Virus record (IMG/VR): IMGVR_UViG_3300012205_000277
Span: 1 to 64,000 of that record
Origin: a virus
Strand: one strand, 5' to 3'
DNA: 64,000 nucleotides
Shown here in pieces: positions 39,050-49,249 of this stretch; the stretch's first letter is position 1; each line of letters begins with the position of its first letter. The position numbers and the translations under genes are program-made. A model generated the notes under the pieces. The model ran no database searches and was not told the origin of the DNA. It worked only from the letters and a program-made list of their open reading frames with translations.

Positions 39050-39487
39050 ATGACCTAGATTCCACAAGAAGAATCTTACGTTTTTTGTTTCATCCGCACT
39101 AACCTCCCGACCGAACATCAATTTGTGCAAGCCCTTCATTCCGTCTATCATCTGGCACAACTCCGCCGCGAAGATGGCACGCCCAACATCGTCCTGATCG
39201 GGTTGCCGGATGCGGCGGCGCTCCGGCGCGCGGAACAGAAGCTGATTGCCGCGAAGATCCCGCATTTTGTTTGGGAAGAGCCGGATTATAATTTTGGGCT
39301 TACGAGCATTGCGACGGCGCCGATCCGCGGCGATGAGCGCAAGGCTTTGGCCAATTATCGAGTTTACAAAGCACCGGTGGTGTCAAGTAGCACGTCGCCC
39401 TCTAAAGGTGAAAGTGTCTGCTCAATACAGACCCGGTGCGCCAATTCCAGTGGGGCAGGCACGGTTGCTAGCGCTGTGCGGGTTTGA
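39050..39487 (+). CDS. PTH2/PTRHD1-like peptidyl-tRNA hydrolase with in-frame TAG at codon 3; ORF runs into the tRNA genes
   Basis: MT*IPQEESYVFCFIRTNL...QALHS...IVLIGLPD...IPHFVWEEPD...TSIATAP...YRVYK. Confidence 0.75.
39371..39443 (+). tRNA. Atypical tRNA, anticodon CUA (amber)
   Basis: GCACCGG/CCGGTGC-G-CCA; D stem GTGT/GCAC with loop CAAGTA lacking GG; stem TCGCC/GGTGA with loop CT-CTA-AA; T stem GTCTG/CAGAC with loop CTCAATA. Confidence 0.8.
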
Positions 39488-39504
39488 GTACCACTGCCCC
39501 ACCA
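39452..39504 (+). ncRNA. 53-nt D-armless tRNA-like RNA with CUA centred in its loop
   Basis: GGGGCAG/CTGCCCC-A-CCA; stem GCACGGT/GCTGTGC with loop TG-CTA-GC; mini T arm GGT-TTGAGT-ACC. Confidence 0.65.
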
Positions 39505-39510
39505 GTTTGA

Positions 39511-39585
39511 CCGCGTGTAGCTCAGTGGCAGAGCAGGGACTTCTAAACTCCTTGGGCGCGAGTTCGATTCTCGCCACGCGGTCCA
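39511..39585 (+). tRNA. Amber suppressor tRNA (CUA)
   Basis: CCGCGTG/CACGCGG-T-CCA; canonical TAGCTCAGTGG and GTTCGATTC; loop TT-CTA-AA; C31-C39 mismatch. Confidence 0.88.
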
Positions 39586-39638
39586 AATGTCAAGTTTCCG
39601 GCGCAAAAACTTGACATTTAGAAACGGAATCTTATACT
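39585..39638 (+). promoter_or_regulatory. 13-bp perfect inverted repeat overlapping the promoter of the ARPP-1 gene
   Basis: AAATGTCAAGTTT-N9-AAACTTGACATTT; TTGACA-N16-TATACT. Confidence 0.75.
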
Positions 39639-39687
39639 CTTCGACGGAACTACCTGCGGAAGAATCCGCATCGAAAAGGAGAACCTG

Positions 39688-40794
39688 ATGCCAAACCTCG
39701 AGCTATCCGTCAATTCCATTTGTAAAATCGTTTCCGAAGAAAAATACGGTTTCAAATTCGGCAAGCCCGATCGTCCGTCGGCCGAATCGTTGTCTTGCAT
39801 CCTCCCGATCCTGCGCAAGACGGCGCAAGTCCGCCAATACGTGACGTATCCGGAAAGCGATCAAGTCCTCGTCCACGACTCCGGCAGCATCAACAAAGTC
39901 AACCTGCTCAATTCCTCGAAAGAAAATGTTTTCGTCCGCAGCGGAACGATTTTCGAGGGCAAAGGCACGCAAAGCCGCGCGTTGACGCGCAGTGCGGTGC
40001 TCTTTCCCGGCCAGGCGGTGGCGCTCGATGTGCGCTGCGTGCATGCCTCGCACGGGATCCGCAGCGGGTCGGCATTCGTTTACGGCGGGATCACCCCGCT
40101 GAGCGTCGATACGGCTTTCTATCGTTCCGGGTACACTCCGGGCGATCAGCACACCATGTGGAATACGGTAACGGCCAGCACCACTTCGATGAGCGGCATG
40201 TCGGCTGGCGAGGTCCCCGAACCGGTCCGCGGCAGCTTTGAAAAATGGGCTGGCGCCCCAAGGCGCGGAAGCCGTCGCAGCCTCATGGCTTCCGGCGGAA
40301 GCGTCGTCCAGGACTTCGGCAGAGCCGTCATTGGCGAAGCCGGCCATGAAACGTACCTGCCCAACGCTGACAACCTCAAAGAGAACTTCGATGCGTTCGC
40401 CAAGAACTTTGACGAGATCCTGTCGAAAGCGCGGCTGCATGACAACCAGGTCGGTCTCGGGCTGATTACCGACAAAGGATGCAAAACCGTTGAACTTTTT
40501 GATATAGGCAAATCCTGGGAAGCGGTCCACAAGGATTCTGTAAAACGCGTGGGCGCAGAATTGCTTCGCGGCGAGGACAAAACGAATGTGTTCGAATACA
40601 AGCCGGAGCATGCGGTCAATGCGGTTCGCGCGGTCCTTGGATTGCCGTTCAAAACCAACCTGATCTACCAACATAAGCCGTCGAACGGCGAGCCGCCGGT
40701 ATCGATCTTTGGATTGACGGCCGAGCGCTTCGTCGGCGAAGTGGTCGAGTTGGATTCGCGAGTGATCCACCTGGTCATTATTGAGACGGTGTAA
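39688..40794 (+). CDS. ARPP-1/DUF6569-like protein
   Basis: G.I..V.L.N.S...VF...G..F.G..TQ.R......L.PG....L.V.CV; Q..MW..V. Confidence 0.7.
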   Translation: MPNLELSVNSICKIVSEEKYGFKFGKPDRPSAESLSCILPILRKTAQVRQYVTYPESDQVLVHDSGSINKVNLLNSSKENVFVRSGTIFEGKGTQSRALTRSAVLFPGQAVALDVRCVHASHGIRSGSAFVYGGITPLSVDTAFYRSGYTPGDQHTMWNTVTASTTSMSGMSAGEVPEPVRGSFEKWAGAPRRGSRRSLMASGGSVVQDFGRAVIGEAGHETYLPNADNLKENFDAFAKNFDEILSKARLHDNQVGLGLITDKGCKTVELFDIGKSWEAVHKDSVKRVGAELLRGEDKTNVFEYKPEHAVNAVRAVLGLPFKTNLIYQHKPSNGEPPVSIFGLTAERFVGEVVELDSRVIHLVIIETV

Positions 40795-41058
40795 ACTCAT
40801 GGAATGGGTCTTACCGCCGAAGAACGCGAGAAATTCGCGGCCTATCTCGAGCAAAACGCCAGGGACACCGAGAAACTGGTGCAGCAACTGCTGAATCTCC
40901 CGGCAGGCCGGCAACTGGCCGCACGATTCGAGAAAGAAGCGGAGGCTTCCCGGATCATCGCGGAGAAATTGCGGAACACCCTGAGGCAGGAAATCAAATA
41001 ATCAAGGGTACTCGCTTGCTGTGGGACGCCCCAAGCTTTCCCCTTGATTATTTTTCCT

Positions 41059-41394
41059 CTATCCGACCGGAACGCCAAGCCCGAAGGAAATCTGTGCCGC
41101 CGGCCCGCTCACGATATCGATCGAGACCGCCCCGGTTGGACCCGGCGTCCCGTCCGTATTCGTCACCGCGGCATTGATCTGCACGGTCCCGAGCTTCGCT
41201 CCGCCGGCAATCACCCCGCTCGCGACCGTTCCGCTGGCAGGAGTGGCATCCGGCAACACCGTGGCACTGGCCGGGTCGCTCGAACTGACCGTGATCGTGC
41301 CGCCCGGCGCCAGCTGCGCCGGGTTTCCGTCCGCATCCACGGCGGTCAACTGGTAAGGCACCTTCTGAACGTCTTGCAATTGGAAATTGGACAT
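41059..41394 (-). CDS. Ig-like beta-sandwich protein
   Basis: L...DADGNP......SSSDP..ATV; GGAGG SD. Confidence 0.65.
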   Translation of the reverse strand: MSNFQLQDVQKVPYQLTAVDADGNPAQLAPGGTITVSSSDPASATVLPDATPASGTVASGVIAGGAKLGTVQINAAVTNTDGTPGPTGAVSIDIVSGPAAQISFGLGVPVG

Positions 41395-41609
41395 TTTGTA
41401 AATTTCCTCCTTTTTATTTCGGTAGTCCCAAAGAAAATTTCAATACCACTGCTGTACGCCCGTGTAAAGCATCCAGGATTTTCTGTTGCAAGACCAGGGA
41501 CTCTTTTTGCAGGTGCAGCGATAGCGCCAACTGGTTTCTGAGCAAAGCCAGGTTGTCTTCGATCTCGGTCAGCAACCGCCGGTCTTCCTTGCCGTAGAAC
41601 GTGAGCATT

Positions 41610-41876
41610 TTATTCGGCCTCGAGCCGGATGGCGCGAATGCCATCGAGCGGGAAACGGTCTACGGGGATTTCCGGGTCGGGAGTTGCGGCGAGATCCGCG
41701 CGGAGTCCGCGGTAATCCAATTCGGCGATCAGGCTGTCTCTCAGCCAGCGCCATTCCGGGGAAGTCATCACAAAGGTGGTCGTGAGAAAAGATAAATAAG
41801 AATCGGACAACAAGCGGATACGGGTGCCTTTATGCTTTCCGAATGGGATCACCGCCCTGCCATGCCGCCGTGCCAT
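41610..41876 (-). CDS. DUF3820-like protein
   Basis: IPFGKHKG..I..L..SYL.F. Confidence 0.65.
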   Translation of the reverse strand: MARRHGRAVIPFGKHKGTRIRLLSDSYLSFLTTTFVMTSPEWRWLRDSLIAELDYRGLRADLAATPDPEIPVDRFPLDGIRAIRLEAE

Positions 41877-42115
41877 GACGGTTATTCTGGCACGAGCGTC
41901 ACGATTTGGATATCGTTTTCAACGCGGACTTCGCTAACTTTCCACCAGACGGATCTTTCACAGATCGGATCGCCAACGGCATAAAGCCGGCTGTATAGCA
42001 TGGGCTCTTCCCAGAGAACATCACCGTCGTGGATATAGCGAATCGTGTTGATAACATCGGCCATGGAGAGTTCTCCTCGGGCGGAGTCTAACATATTTAG
42101 GGTGTAAGAAAGTAG

Positions 42116-42225
42116 TTGCAATCCGCCATGAGGTTACCTAGACTCTAGGCCACGTGCCGGTTGCTGCGAGCCGGAAAGGGTGAAACCCTCGCCCTCAAGG
42201 GCCCGCGCGGGGACAGGCCGGCACG
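42116..42225 (+). promoter_or_regulatory. Promoter plus structured 5' RNA
   Basis: TTGCAA-N17-TAGACT, then CGTGCCGG/CCGGCACG stem enclosing hairpins. Confidence 0.6.
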
Positions 42226-42249
42226 ATTGATTTTGGGGAGGAATCGGAA

Positions 42250-42687
42250 ATGGCGCGATGGGTGAAATGGTCGATTGGCGGTACCGCCGGCCTGGTCATA
42301 GCCTTCTTGTTCTATCTGGCCTTGTTTAATCATATCGCCATCAACGAAATCGGCGTAGCTTACAATTCCATCGGCGGCAAAGTCTGGGTGCAGGATCATC
42401 CCGGGTGGTATGTGACCGCGCCAACCGTGGAAGTGGCGGTCATCCCGACAGTCCCTTTGCGGGTAACGATACCTTCCGAAGCCAAGGTGATCAACACGAA
42501 AATCGTCCGGTTCAATCCCAAAGGCGTCGATGAATTTATCCGCCTGCAAGGCTTCAGTTATTTTTCAAATCAAGGAATCGAAAATATCCTGATGGGCTAC
42601 GCGTTTTCCGGACAGAAGTATCCTTTCCTGGATGTGCTGCAGGAAAGCGGCGGCGAGAACGCCACTTCCGCTCCGCTCCGGCAATGA
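42250..42687 (+). CDS. Short SPFH/band-7-like membrane protein
   Basis: N-terminal TM helix, I..NEIGV..N..GG......PGWY. Confidence 0.55.
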   Translation: MARWVKWSIGGTAGLVIAFLFYLALFNHIAINEIGVAYNSIGGKVWVQDHPGWYVTAPTVEVAVIPTVPLRVTIPSEAKVINTKIVRFNPKGVDEFIRLQGFSYFSNQGIENILMGYAFSGQKYPFLDVLQESGGENATSAPLRQ

Positions 42688-43110
42688 AATGGCGCATCGC
42701 GATGACGCTAAGCCTCGCGGCTGTTGCGGTGCGACTGCTGTATGGCTGGAGGCAACTCACGTTCCTCGTATGGACGGTTGCGGCGGTCATCAACCATGCG
42801 CATCCGCTTCTGACCGTATCGGCGATCGAAGGGACAGTGATTCTTGGCATCGTCAAGGCCTCGTGGTTGGCGGCAGGAAGGATTCTTGATTTTTGGATGG
42901 AGCTAAAATGGAAGTGCGTATCTCGCTATCGGAAGAGCAATTCAAGAAACTAGTTGCCGGCGAAATCGTGGACACCGAACTGCCCCATCCAGAGACTTAT
43001 GGTCTTGTCCCCATCAAGCTGGCGCTCCAGGATATCGGTTTCAAAGTCATGCTGCGCGCTGTTTATGATGCTATGGCCGCACAAGCCAAGAAGAACCGGG
43101 AAGCAGCCCG

Positions 43111-43305
43111 ATGAGACGCCGCTGGCTTACCGCCGAAGAGTACTCGCGGATCAAGGCGCTGCGCGGGCAAGGATTGACCTACCAACAGATTGCGTCGCGC
43201 TTTGGGATTCCGTTGCCGACGATCGAGACGATCGCGAGAGGCCGGTCGAAGCCGCATGTTTATGCCAAACTGAAACCGAGCGATACCCGGAGCGCGACCC
43301 GATGA
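43111..43305 (+). CDS. Helix-turn-helix protein
   Basis: GLTYQQIASRFGIP..TI..I..G. Confidence 0.7.
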   Translation: MRRRWLTAEEYSRIKALRGQGLTYQQIASRFGIPLPTIETIARGRSKPHVYAKLKPSDTRSATR

Positions 43306-44657
43306 AAACGTATTTCCGCAAAGTGAATGGTATGTACCATGTCGATGAGGAGGGTTATTTGGTCAAGACCAGCAATGGCGAGCGCGTGCCGCCAGAAGAG
43401 CCGCTGTTCATTTTGCGCGGCCGCGATGCGCTTGCTGTTGAAACCATTCATCATTACGTGGGATTGCTCGCTGGCAATGGAGGAGATCCGCAGAGAATGT
43501 TCGAACTTGGCGGCGTGGTTCACGATTTTTTGATGTTCAGGAAAGACCATCCCGAACGCATGAAACTGCCAGGGAGCACCAAAGGCAAATGATTGTCAAA
43601 GTCAAGATCGCGCCGTTTGAAAAATGGTGTGAGCCGATGCGGCAGGCCATGGCGCTTGCGCCGCCGCACCTTCTTCATAGATTTGGCCTTCCTATCGGCG
43701 TGGAAATTAGCATCGAAACGTCCTCAATGAGGACCACGCAAACGGTTATTCCCTGCGGTGGAAAAGAATGGCGCGTTGTGGAGTTGCCGGCCGAGATCAC
43801 GCCGTTTGATGCGGAAACCGGCGAAGTGAAGAAGGGCGGACGCGGCTGGATTTGCGAGCATGTTCTCGAAATGGATTGAACTGAAAAAAATGGACCAGCA
43901 AGAAAGACTTGAAGCCGTCAAAGCCTCGGTCGAACAAGTCCGCCAACTGACTTTGCAAAGCTGGCCTTCGACCCACTCGAATCCCCCGGATATCGAGAAT
44001 TGGCGGACGACGATTGCCTGTCTGATTAAAAATTGCGATGAATTACAAAGGGCTCTGCGCCAGCAGCGTTGGATCGATGAGAATTTTGCTTCTTATGTGC
44101 TGGATCAATGCGAACGGGCAAAAATATCGACGCGCGCCGGCCATCCCATGGATTGGATGGCGCTGATGGACAGCTTAATCGTTGCCTGCCGCGACGTTCT
44201 TGACCGATGATCTGCCCGAAGGAGTGACGATGCCGCTATTTGAATGTGAGCAATGCCATTGCGTGGACAACACAGCGCTTACAAACTTCTGGCAAGCGCA
44301 CATTGAGGAAAAGCCTCAGCTATGCAGCGCGTGCGACCCTGAAATTGGGAAGTGGCATGATAAGTTTCCGAGGATTCCAGCAGCCGAATACACGGAGAAG
44401 TATCCGAAGGCCAGAAAAGTTGAATATCCGGCTAAGGGCGCGGCGCAAAGCCGTGGGTGAGGAGACGGCGGGCCGATGAAAAGACGAGCATTGCAGATGG
44501 AATTCGTACCCTAGCCCAAGCAGCCCATCCCGCTCGCTGCATTGGCTATCCTGATTGCGATGGTGACCTAGAAGGCGAGAAGCATAGTGAGAAGTGCAAG
44601 GCAGCCCATCCCAGAGTTTCAGGCGCAACTAGCGCCGCGAAGGATGGTGATTGACAA

Positions 44658-44870
44658 ATGCTAAATCCGTTGTTTGAAGTCCATATGCTGAACGAGCAGG
44701 GCAAGGGACTGGCAAAGTCGTTGGCTGGGGAATTTCATGGCTTCCTGTGTTCTATCGAGGGCATGTGCGGCACGGAAGGCCGGGAAATGGCAATCGTGCG
44801 AACAAAGTTAGAGGAGGCGTCGTTTTTCGCAAAGAAGGCGATGGCAAATCAGAAGTGCAACCAGCAATAA
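44658..44870 (+). CDS. Acb2/Tad1-like helical-hairpin protein
   Basis: GREMAIVRTKLEEASFFAKKAMA. Confidence 0.6.
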   Translation: MLNPLFEVHMLNEQGKGLAKSLAGEFHGFLCSIEGMCGTEGREMAIVRTKLEEASFFAKKAMANQKCNQQ

Positions 44871-45967
44871 ATAGCGGTGACTTGATGCGCGTGAGGACTT
44901 GGGGCTGCGGTGCGCAGTTAGCTTGAAATCAGAAACCACAAGCAACAAGCGCAGGACAGCCACAGCCCCAAGATTTCAGGAGAAATGGGCCATGAGCGAA
45001 GCCAAACGCGACTTTTATGGTGATCTGGTTGGTCCTGACCGGCAACCTGAGCAGGAGCGAGCCATGAGCGAAGTGGCAAAGCTAGTTGAGAAGTGGCGCA
45101 AAGAGCAATTTACATATTCAGGCATCCCAGACTGGATGGCCGTATTTCTGGCAGTTAGAACATGCGCCGACGAACTGGAATCCGCGCTACGAGCGGATGA
45201 ACAAGCACCAGAAAGCACAGGAGGGATTTACAAAGGAGGTACCCGCTACGAGGGCACGAACGAACGGGCCGCGAGTGAGACTGAAGACTATCCCGGCCAG
45301 GCTTTCTTCCATGAGAACAATCCGAATATCAAACGGGCTGAGGAGCGAATTGTGAGCCGGGAAGAGTTCAATGGCAGTATCAGTGATGAGGCTGCGCAGT
45401 CCACCCTAGAGGAAAGAGCGAGGGAGTTTGCCGACAAAATAGCTGGCCTGCTTGACCCCCAGCAACTTGCGACAATTGGAAAAGGTGGCCGCGTTCCTTC
45501 TAGCACACTTCGGTATAACGTTCGACAGGCGAAGAAAGCAATAGAACCTTTGGCCTTAGAAATGCTCACCAGCGTCCAAGCCGAAGCGGAAGGCCATGTC
45601 GTCATCCGAATTAGGAACGTCCTCGCGGTGCTCGCAGGTGCTCCATTTGACAATCTCACGCCGGAAATTCAGGGACTAGTAAAACATTGGCAGCCAGCAA
45701 TCCAAGCCAAGTTGGAAACGGCGCTCCAGCCCCAAGCCGCAAGTGCTGGGGCGCTGAGTGCTATAAAAGAGAAAATACACTGGTATGTCGGCAGTGATTC
45801 AATGAGTGACTGTTGGGCAGAGATCTTGCCGCTGCTCGCTGCCCACGATCAAAAGGTGCGAGAAGGGATGCTGGATTTGCTACGAAAATGTCCGGAGTGG
45901 GCCACACCAAAAGCAAATTGGCTAAAGGCCGCCCTGGCCTCCCGAACAGAGGAGAAGGAGACGAGTC

Positions 45968-46165
45968 ATGGCAAGACTTAGCCCAAGGTCCAGAGAGCTA
46001 GTCACGTTGCTGATCTGTGGGCTTACTATCAAAGAAGCGGCATCCTACATGGACATTTGCCACGGCGCAGCCAGGAAACTCTTGATGAAAGCAAGAATCA
46101 AGCTCGGCTGTCGAACTGCCTGGCAACTGCTATACGAACTTGGGATGGAGTGTAATCTCAAATGA
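45968..46165 (+). CDS. LuxR/sigma4-type helix-turn-helix protein
   Basis: LSPR.RE...L...GLT.KEAA..M.I........AR.KLG. Confidence 0.75.
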   Translation: MARLSPRSRELVTLLICGLTIKEAASYMDICHGAARKLLMKARIKLGCRTAWQLLYELGMECNLK

Positions 46166-48075
46166 GCGAAGCAACCGAAATAGTCCACTGGCCCGGCCAG
46201 GACACTCCGATGTGTGACCGTCATACGTTGCAAGCGAAGCGTATCGGTCAGGCTATGGGAATCACCGTCAGCTCTACTCCATGGCCGGTAGAAGGCACGA
46301 TCTGCAAGAACTGCGAGAACGAAGCAAAGAAGGCAGCAGCCAAATAGTGAGGTAGCAATGGACGAACGACGCTCCGGAAAAAATAAATCACACTCGACTT
46401 TGGAGCAAAAGGTGGAATGGCTGCTGAGGCATCCTCTCTTCCTGAAAGAGATTCTGGACAAGAAGAAACTTGTGGCGGAGATGAAGAAGGACAAACTGAT
46501 CGCGCCGTCCACCTATTGGAGAGATATCAATCTGGAGGATGCGATTAAGCAGGCGAAGATTAGGACATGAGACTGGGGATGAAAAGAGGACTGCCCGGAA
46601 TGCGCAGTCCTCAGCCCTAGCCCAGACACCTGCCAAACCGAAGTTTACTTCGCGCCAGCGGATTTTTCAAGGATTGAACCAATGGTATTTTCTGCAAAAG
46701 AAAGAGGTTTGAGGTCGCCAAGTAAAAGCATTTTTTTTTGGAGCAGCCGACAGACTTCGAGGCGCACCTCGAGCGGCCATGCCTCATCGTGGATTACATG
46801 GTTGTGGATATCCAGTAACATGTACCAGCGCCGCATACGGGAGCAGCCTCTGTTCTGTTACCTGTAAAATTGGTTTAATTCGTACGCTTAAACCACTACG
46901 ATAGCAATAGTACCGGGAGGCAAGTACGGAAGTACTCTCCATGATCTCTCCCATTGACGTCCACACCATAGAATCAATTGATACCGACGTGAATAAATTC
47001 GCCGGTGGCTTCATCGTCGCGCGGGCCGAAGGGAATACTCTCGTCGAGGCCTATCATTGTGATACGCAGTCGGAAGCGGACAGTCTGGCCCGCAGCTTAT
47101 TCGAGGACAAACTAGGATATGTGGAAGTCTTTATCAAGGAAACCATTCATTGAGCGAAGAAAAACGCCCTTTCACGAAAGAGCAACCGCATTATGGAGAA
47201 TCGATTCTTCATTGCGGCCATCCCAATAGCCGGCCGCAGCACTTCTACAGTTTTGGCCCAGGCATGCCGGAGAAAGAATGGAAATCGCCGGATGGAAGAG
47301 CAGTGATGTCGCGCTGGATGGTGTTGTGCGATGATTGCAACAAAATCTATGGCTTCACGCCGCATTTGGCAATTCAAGCGGATGCCACATGGAAAGCGCT
47401 CGATCCGGTGATCCAAATACCGGAAGTAAGGAAAAATAAAATATGAGATCGATATCGCCAGTAATTCCCGGGATGGACCTGGAAGAAACTGTTTTTGCAA
47501 AGCATCAGCCGCAATACAATCCGTTGCCGGCCGTCATGGTCGATGGCCGCGTGATCAGCCGGTGGAAGCTGACCTGGCGTGAACGGTTCAAGCTGCTCGT
47601 AACCGGGAACCTTTGGCTGACGCTGTTGACTTTCGGGCAGCCGCTCCAGCCGATTCTCATCGAGATAGACTCACCCAAACGTTATCTCGAAGAAGAGAAA
47701 GAAGAAACGCTGGCCGACGCTTAAAGTTTTCAATATCCGTGCACTGCACAGCCTCGGCTTCTAAAAAGCACGGTGCGTTCGCTTTTGTTACATCGAGTGC
47801 ATGTCCACAAACAATCGAGGCACCCACACCGAAGAGTGATATTTATTTTCTCCCACCGATGCCTGAAGATTTTACAAAGCAGGCCCAGCTTCATAGCGAC
47901 ACTCGATTGAGCAATGCAATTTCCGGAGGGGAAAGTTTGCCAGCGCACAGGAAACAGATCCAGGAATCCTCGAGTTTTTCCGTGCGCGCCGGGCAAAGTG
48001 GCCCGGGATCGCCAAGACGCCGCGGCAGCGTGCACGTTCGCAAGTGTCCGCATTTGGAGCAAAAATGAGTGTGGG

Positions 48076-49203
48076 TCATGGGCATTGGGATTCCTTCCGA
48101 TCGTTGTAAGTCGGCCCATAGCCTTCGATGCGAACCAGTTTCCGGAATTCGGCTGGCAGCGGGTTTGGCGCCTGGTCCAGATGGTTCAAGGCAATCCAGT
48201 CGACCCCGCCGCAAATAGCGAGTGCTTTGCGGAATAGCTGCTCGTCGAAACGGCCGTACCGGAATGCTCCGGGGAATCCTGGCTCGTTGTGCGGCTCGGG
48301 ATAGCTCAGAGTCGGATCTTCGGTCGGGAATGCTCCGAGGCCGTGCCGTGTGTAGTAGGTACGGATAATGCCGACGCGCGTGCGTTTGCCATCATAGCCG
48401 GATTCATTCAGGAGCGTATCCGCATTGTGGAATGTGCAATCCGTCCACGTATTGAATCCCGGCTCGCCATGATTCTCATCGAGCAGCACGCCCTGGGCCC
48501 CTTCGAAGATGGCGCAATCTGTCTCGGCGAGCAAGGTTTTCAGATGCCCGCGGTCGACCACCTTCGCCGGCCAGTTTTTGTACCAGCTCCAGCACACGTC
48601 GATCAGATCGTCTTTCTGCAGCGTTGGATCGACATAGCGTACGAATGGCTTGGTCATAAACCCGGCGGCGCTCAATTCATCCGAGGCCCAGAGTTCGATA
48701 AACTTAAGTTTCTGGCGAACTAAAGTTTCATTTTTTAGGTCGCCGGCGAACAGTGCCCGATCGCCAAACTCCAGATGGAATTGGCGGCACTTGCCGATGC
48801 CCTGGCCGCAAGTGTTCGTGCGGTTGCCTGGAAGAGTCAAGAGGCGGTTCAATTCTCTGTGGAAAGGGGTGACGATTAATGCTTCGGCGTCGACCGTTGT
48901 ACGCTCCCAGGCGTCAGTGACGCCAAGTGATGCCAAATGCTCAGCTTCTCTCATAGCATTTATTGGATTGTAAAGCATAAATCTTGAGATATGCGTGCGC
49001 ACACCGGGATGGAAAGTGCCACTCCCGAATTGCTGGAAGATATGATGCCGGCCGTCGGGTGTCACTACGGAATGCCCTGCTTGGCAGCCTCCGGAATAGC
49101 GGACGACAAGCCCGGCATTATGCCAAAAAGTAAGTGCGTCAACTGTACTGCCTTTGCCGCAGTCGCCAAAACCCAAGCCGCAGACGAGGAAACTTTGCTT
49201 CAC
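48076..49203 (-). CDS. purA: Adenylosuccinate synthetase-like protein
   Basis: GLGFGDCGKG, GGCQAGH, FEGAQG.LLD, Y.TRHG.G. Confidence 0.88.
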   Translation of the reverse strand: MKQSFLVCGLGFGDCGKGSTVDALTFWHNAGLVVRYSGGCQAGHSVVTPDGRHHIFQQFGSGTFHPGVRTHISRFMLYNPINAMREAEHLASLGVTDAWERTTVDAEALIVTPFHRELNRLLTLPGNRTNTCGQGIGKCRQFHLEFGDRALFAGDLKNETLVRQKLKFIELWASDELSAAGFMTKPFVRYVDPTLQKDDLIDVCWSWYKNWPAKVVDRGHLKTLLAETDCAIFEGAQGVLLDENHGEPGFNTWTDCTFHNADTLLNESGYDGKRTRVGIIRTYYTRHGLGAFPTEDPTLSYPEPHNEPGFPGAFRYGRFDEQLFRKALAICGGVDWIALNHLDQAPNPLPAEFRKLVRIEGYGPTYNDRKESQCP

Positions 49204-49220
49204 AATCCCTCCTAAATTAA

Positions 49221-49247
49221 GATAGGGCCGCGATTAACGGCCCTATC
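49221..49247 (-). terminator. Terminator-like hairpin between RNA 4 and purA
   Basis: GATAGGGCCG/CGGCCCTATC followed by TTAATTT. Confidence 0.55.
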
Positions 49248-49249
49248 CA

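Noticed and set aside
39371-39443. Bona fide tRNA-Pyl
   Set aside because: It has a 5-bp anticodon stem, a 2-nt connector and a 4-nt variable loop, and no pyl genes are present; the resemblance is only partial.
39511-39585. tRNA-Arg(UCU) reading of tRNA 3
   Set aside because: That register gives two stem mismatches and removes base 26; the CUA register fits better.
42160-42200. Hammerhead ribozyme
   Set aside because: CTGCGAG lacks the CUGANGA core and the stems do not fit.
46580-46700. Eighth pentamer array
   Set aside because: It has GGCAGG and a terminator-like hairpin but no sustained 5-nt period.
48076-49203. PurZ (2-aminoadenine genome)
   Set aside because: It retains the PurA catalytic Asp (GDCGKG) rather than the PurZ Ser, and no dATPase or MazZ is visible.
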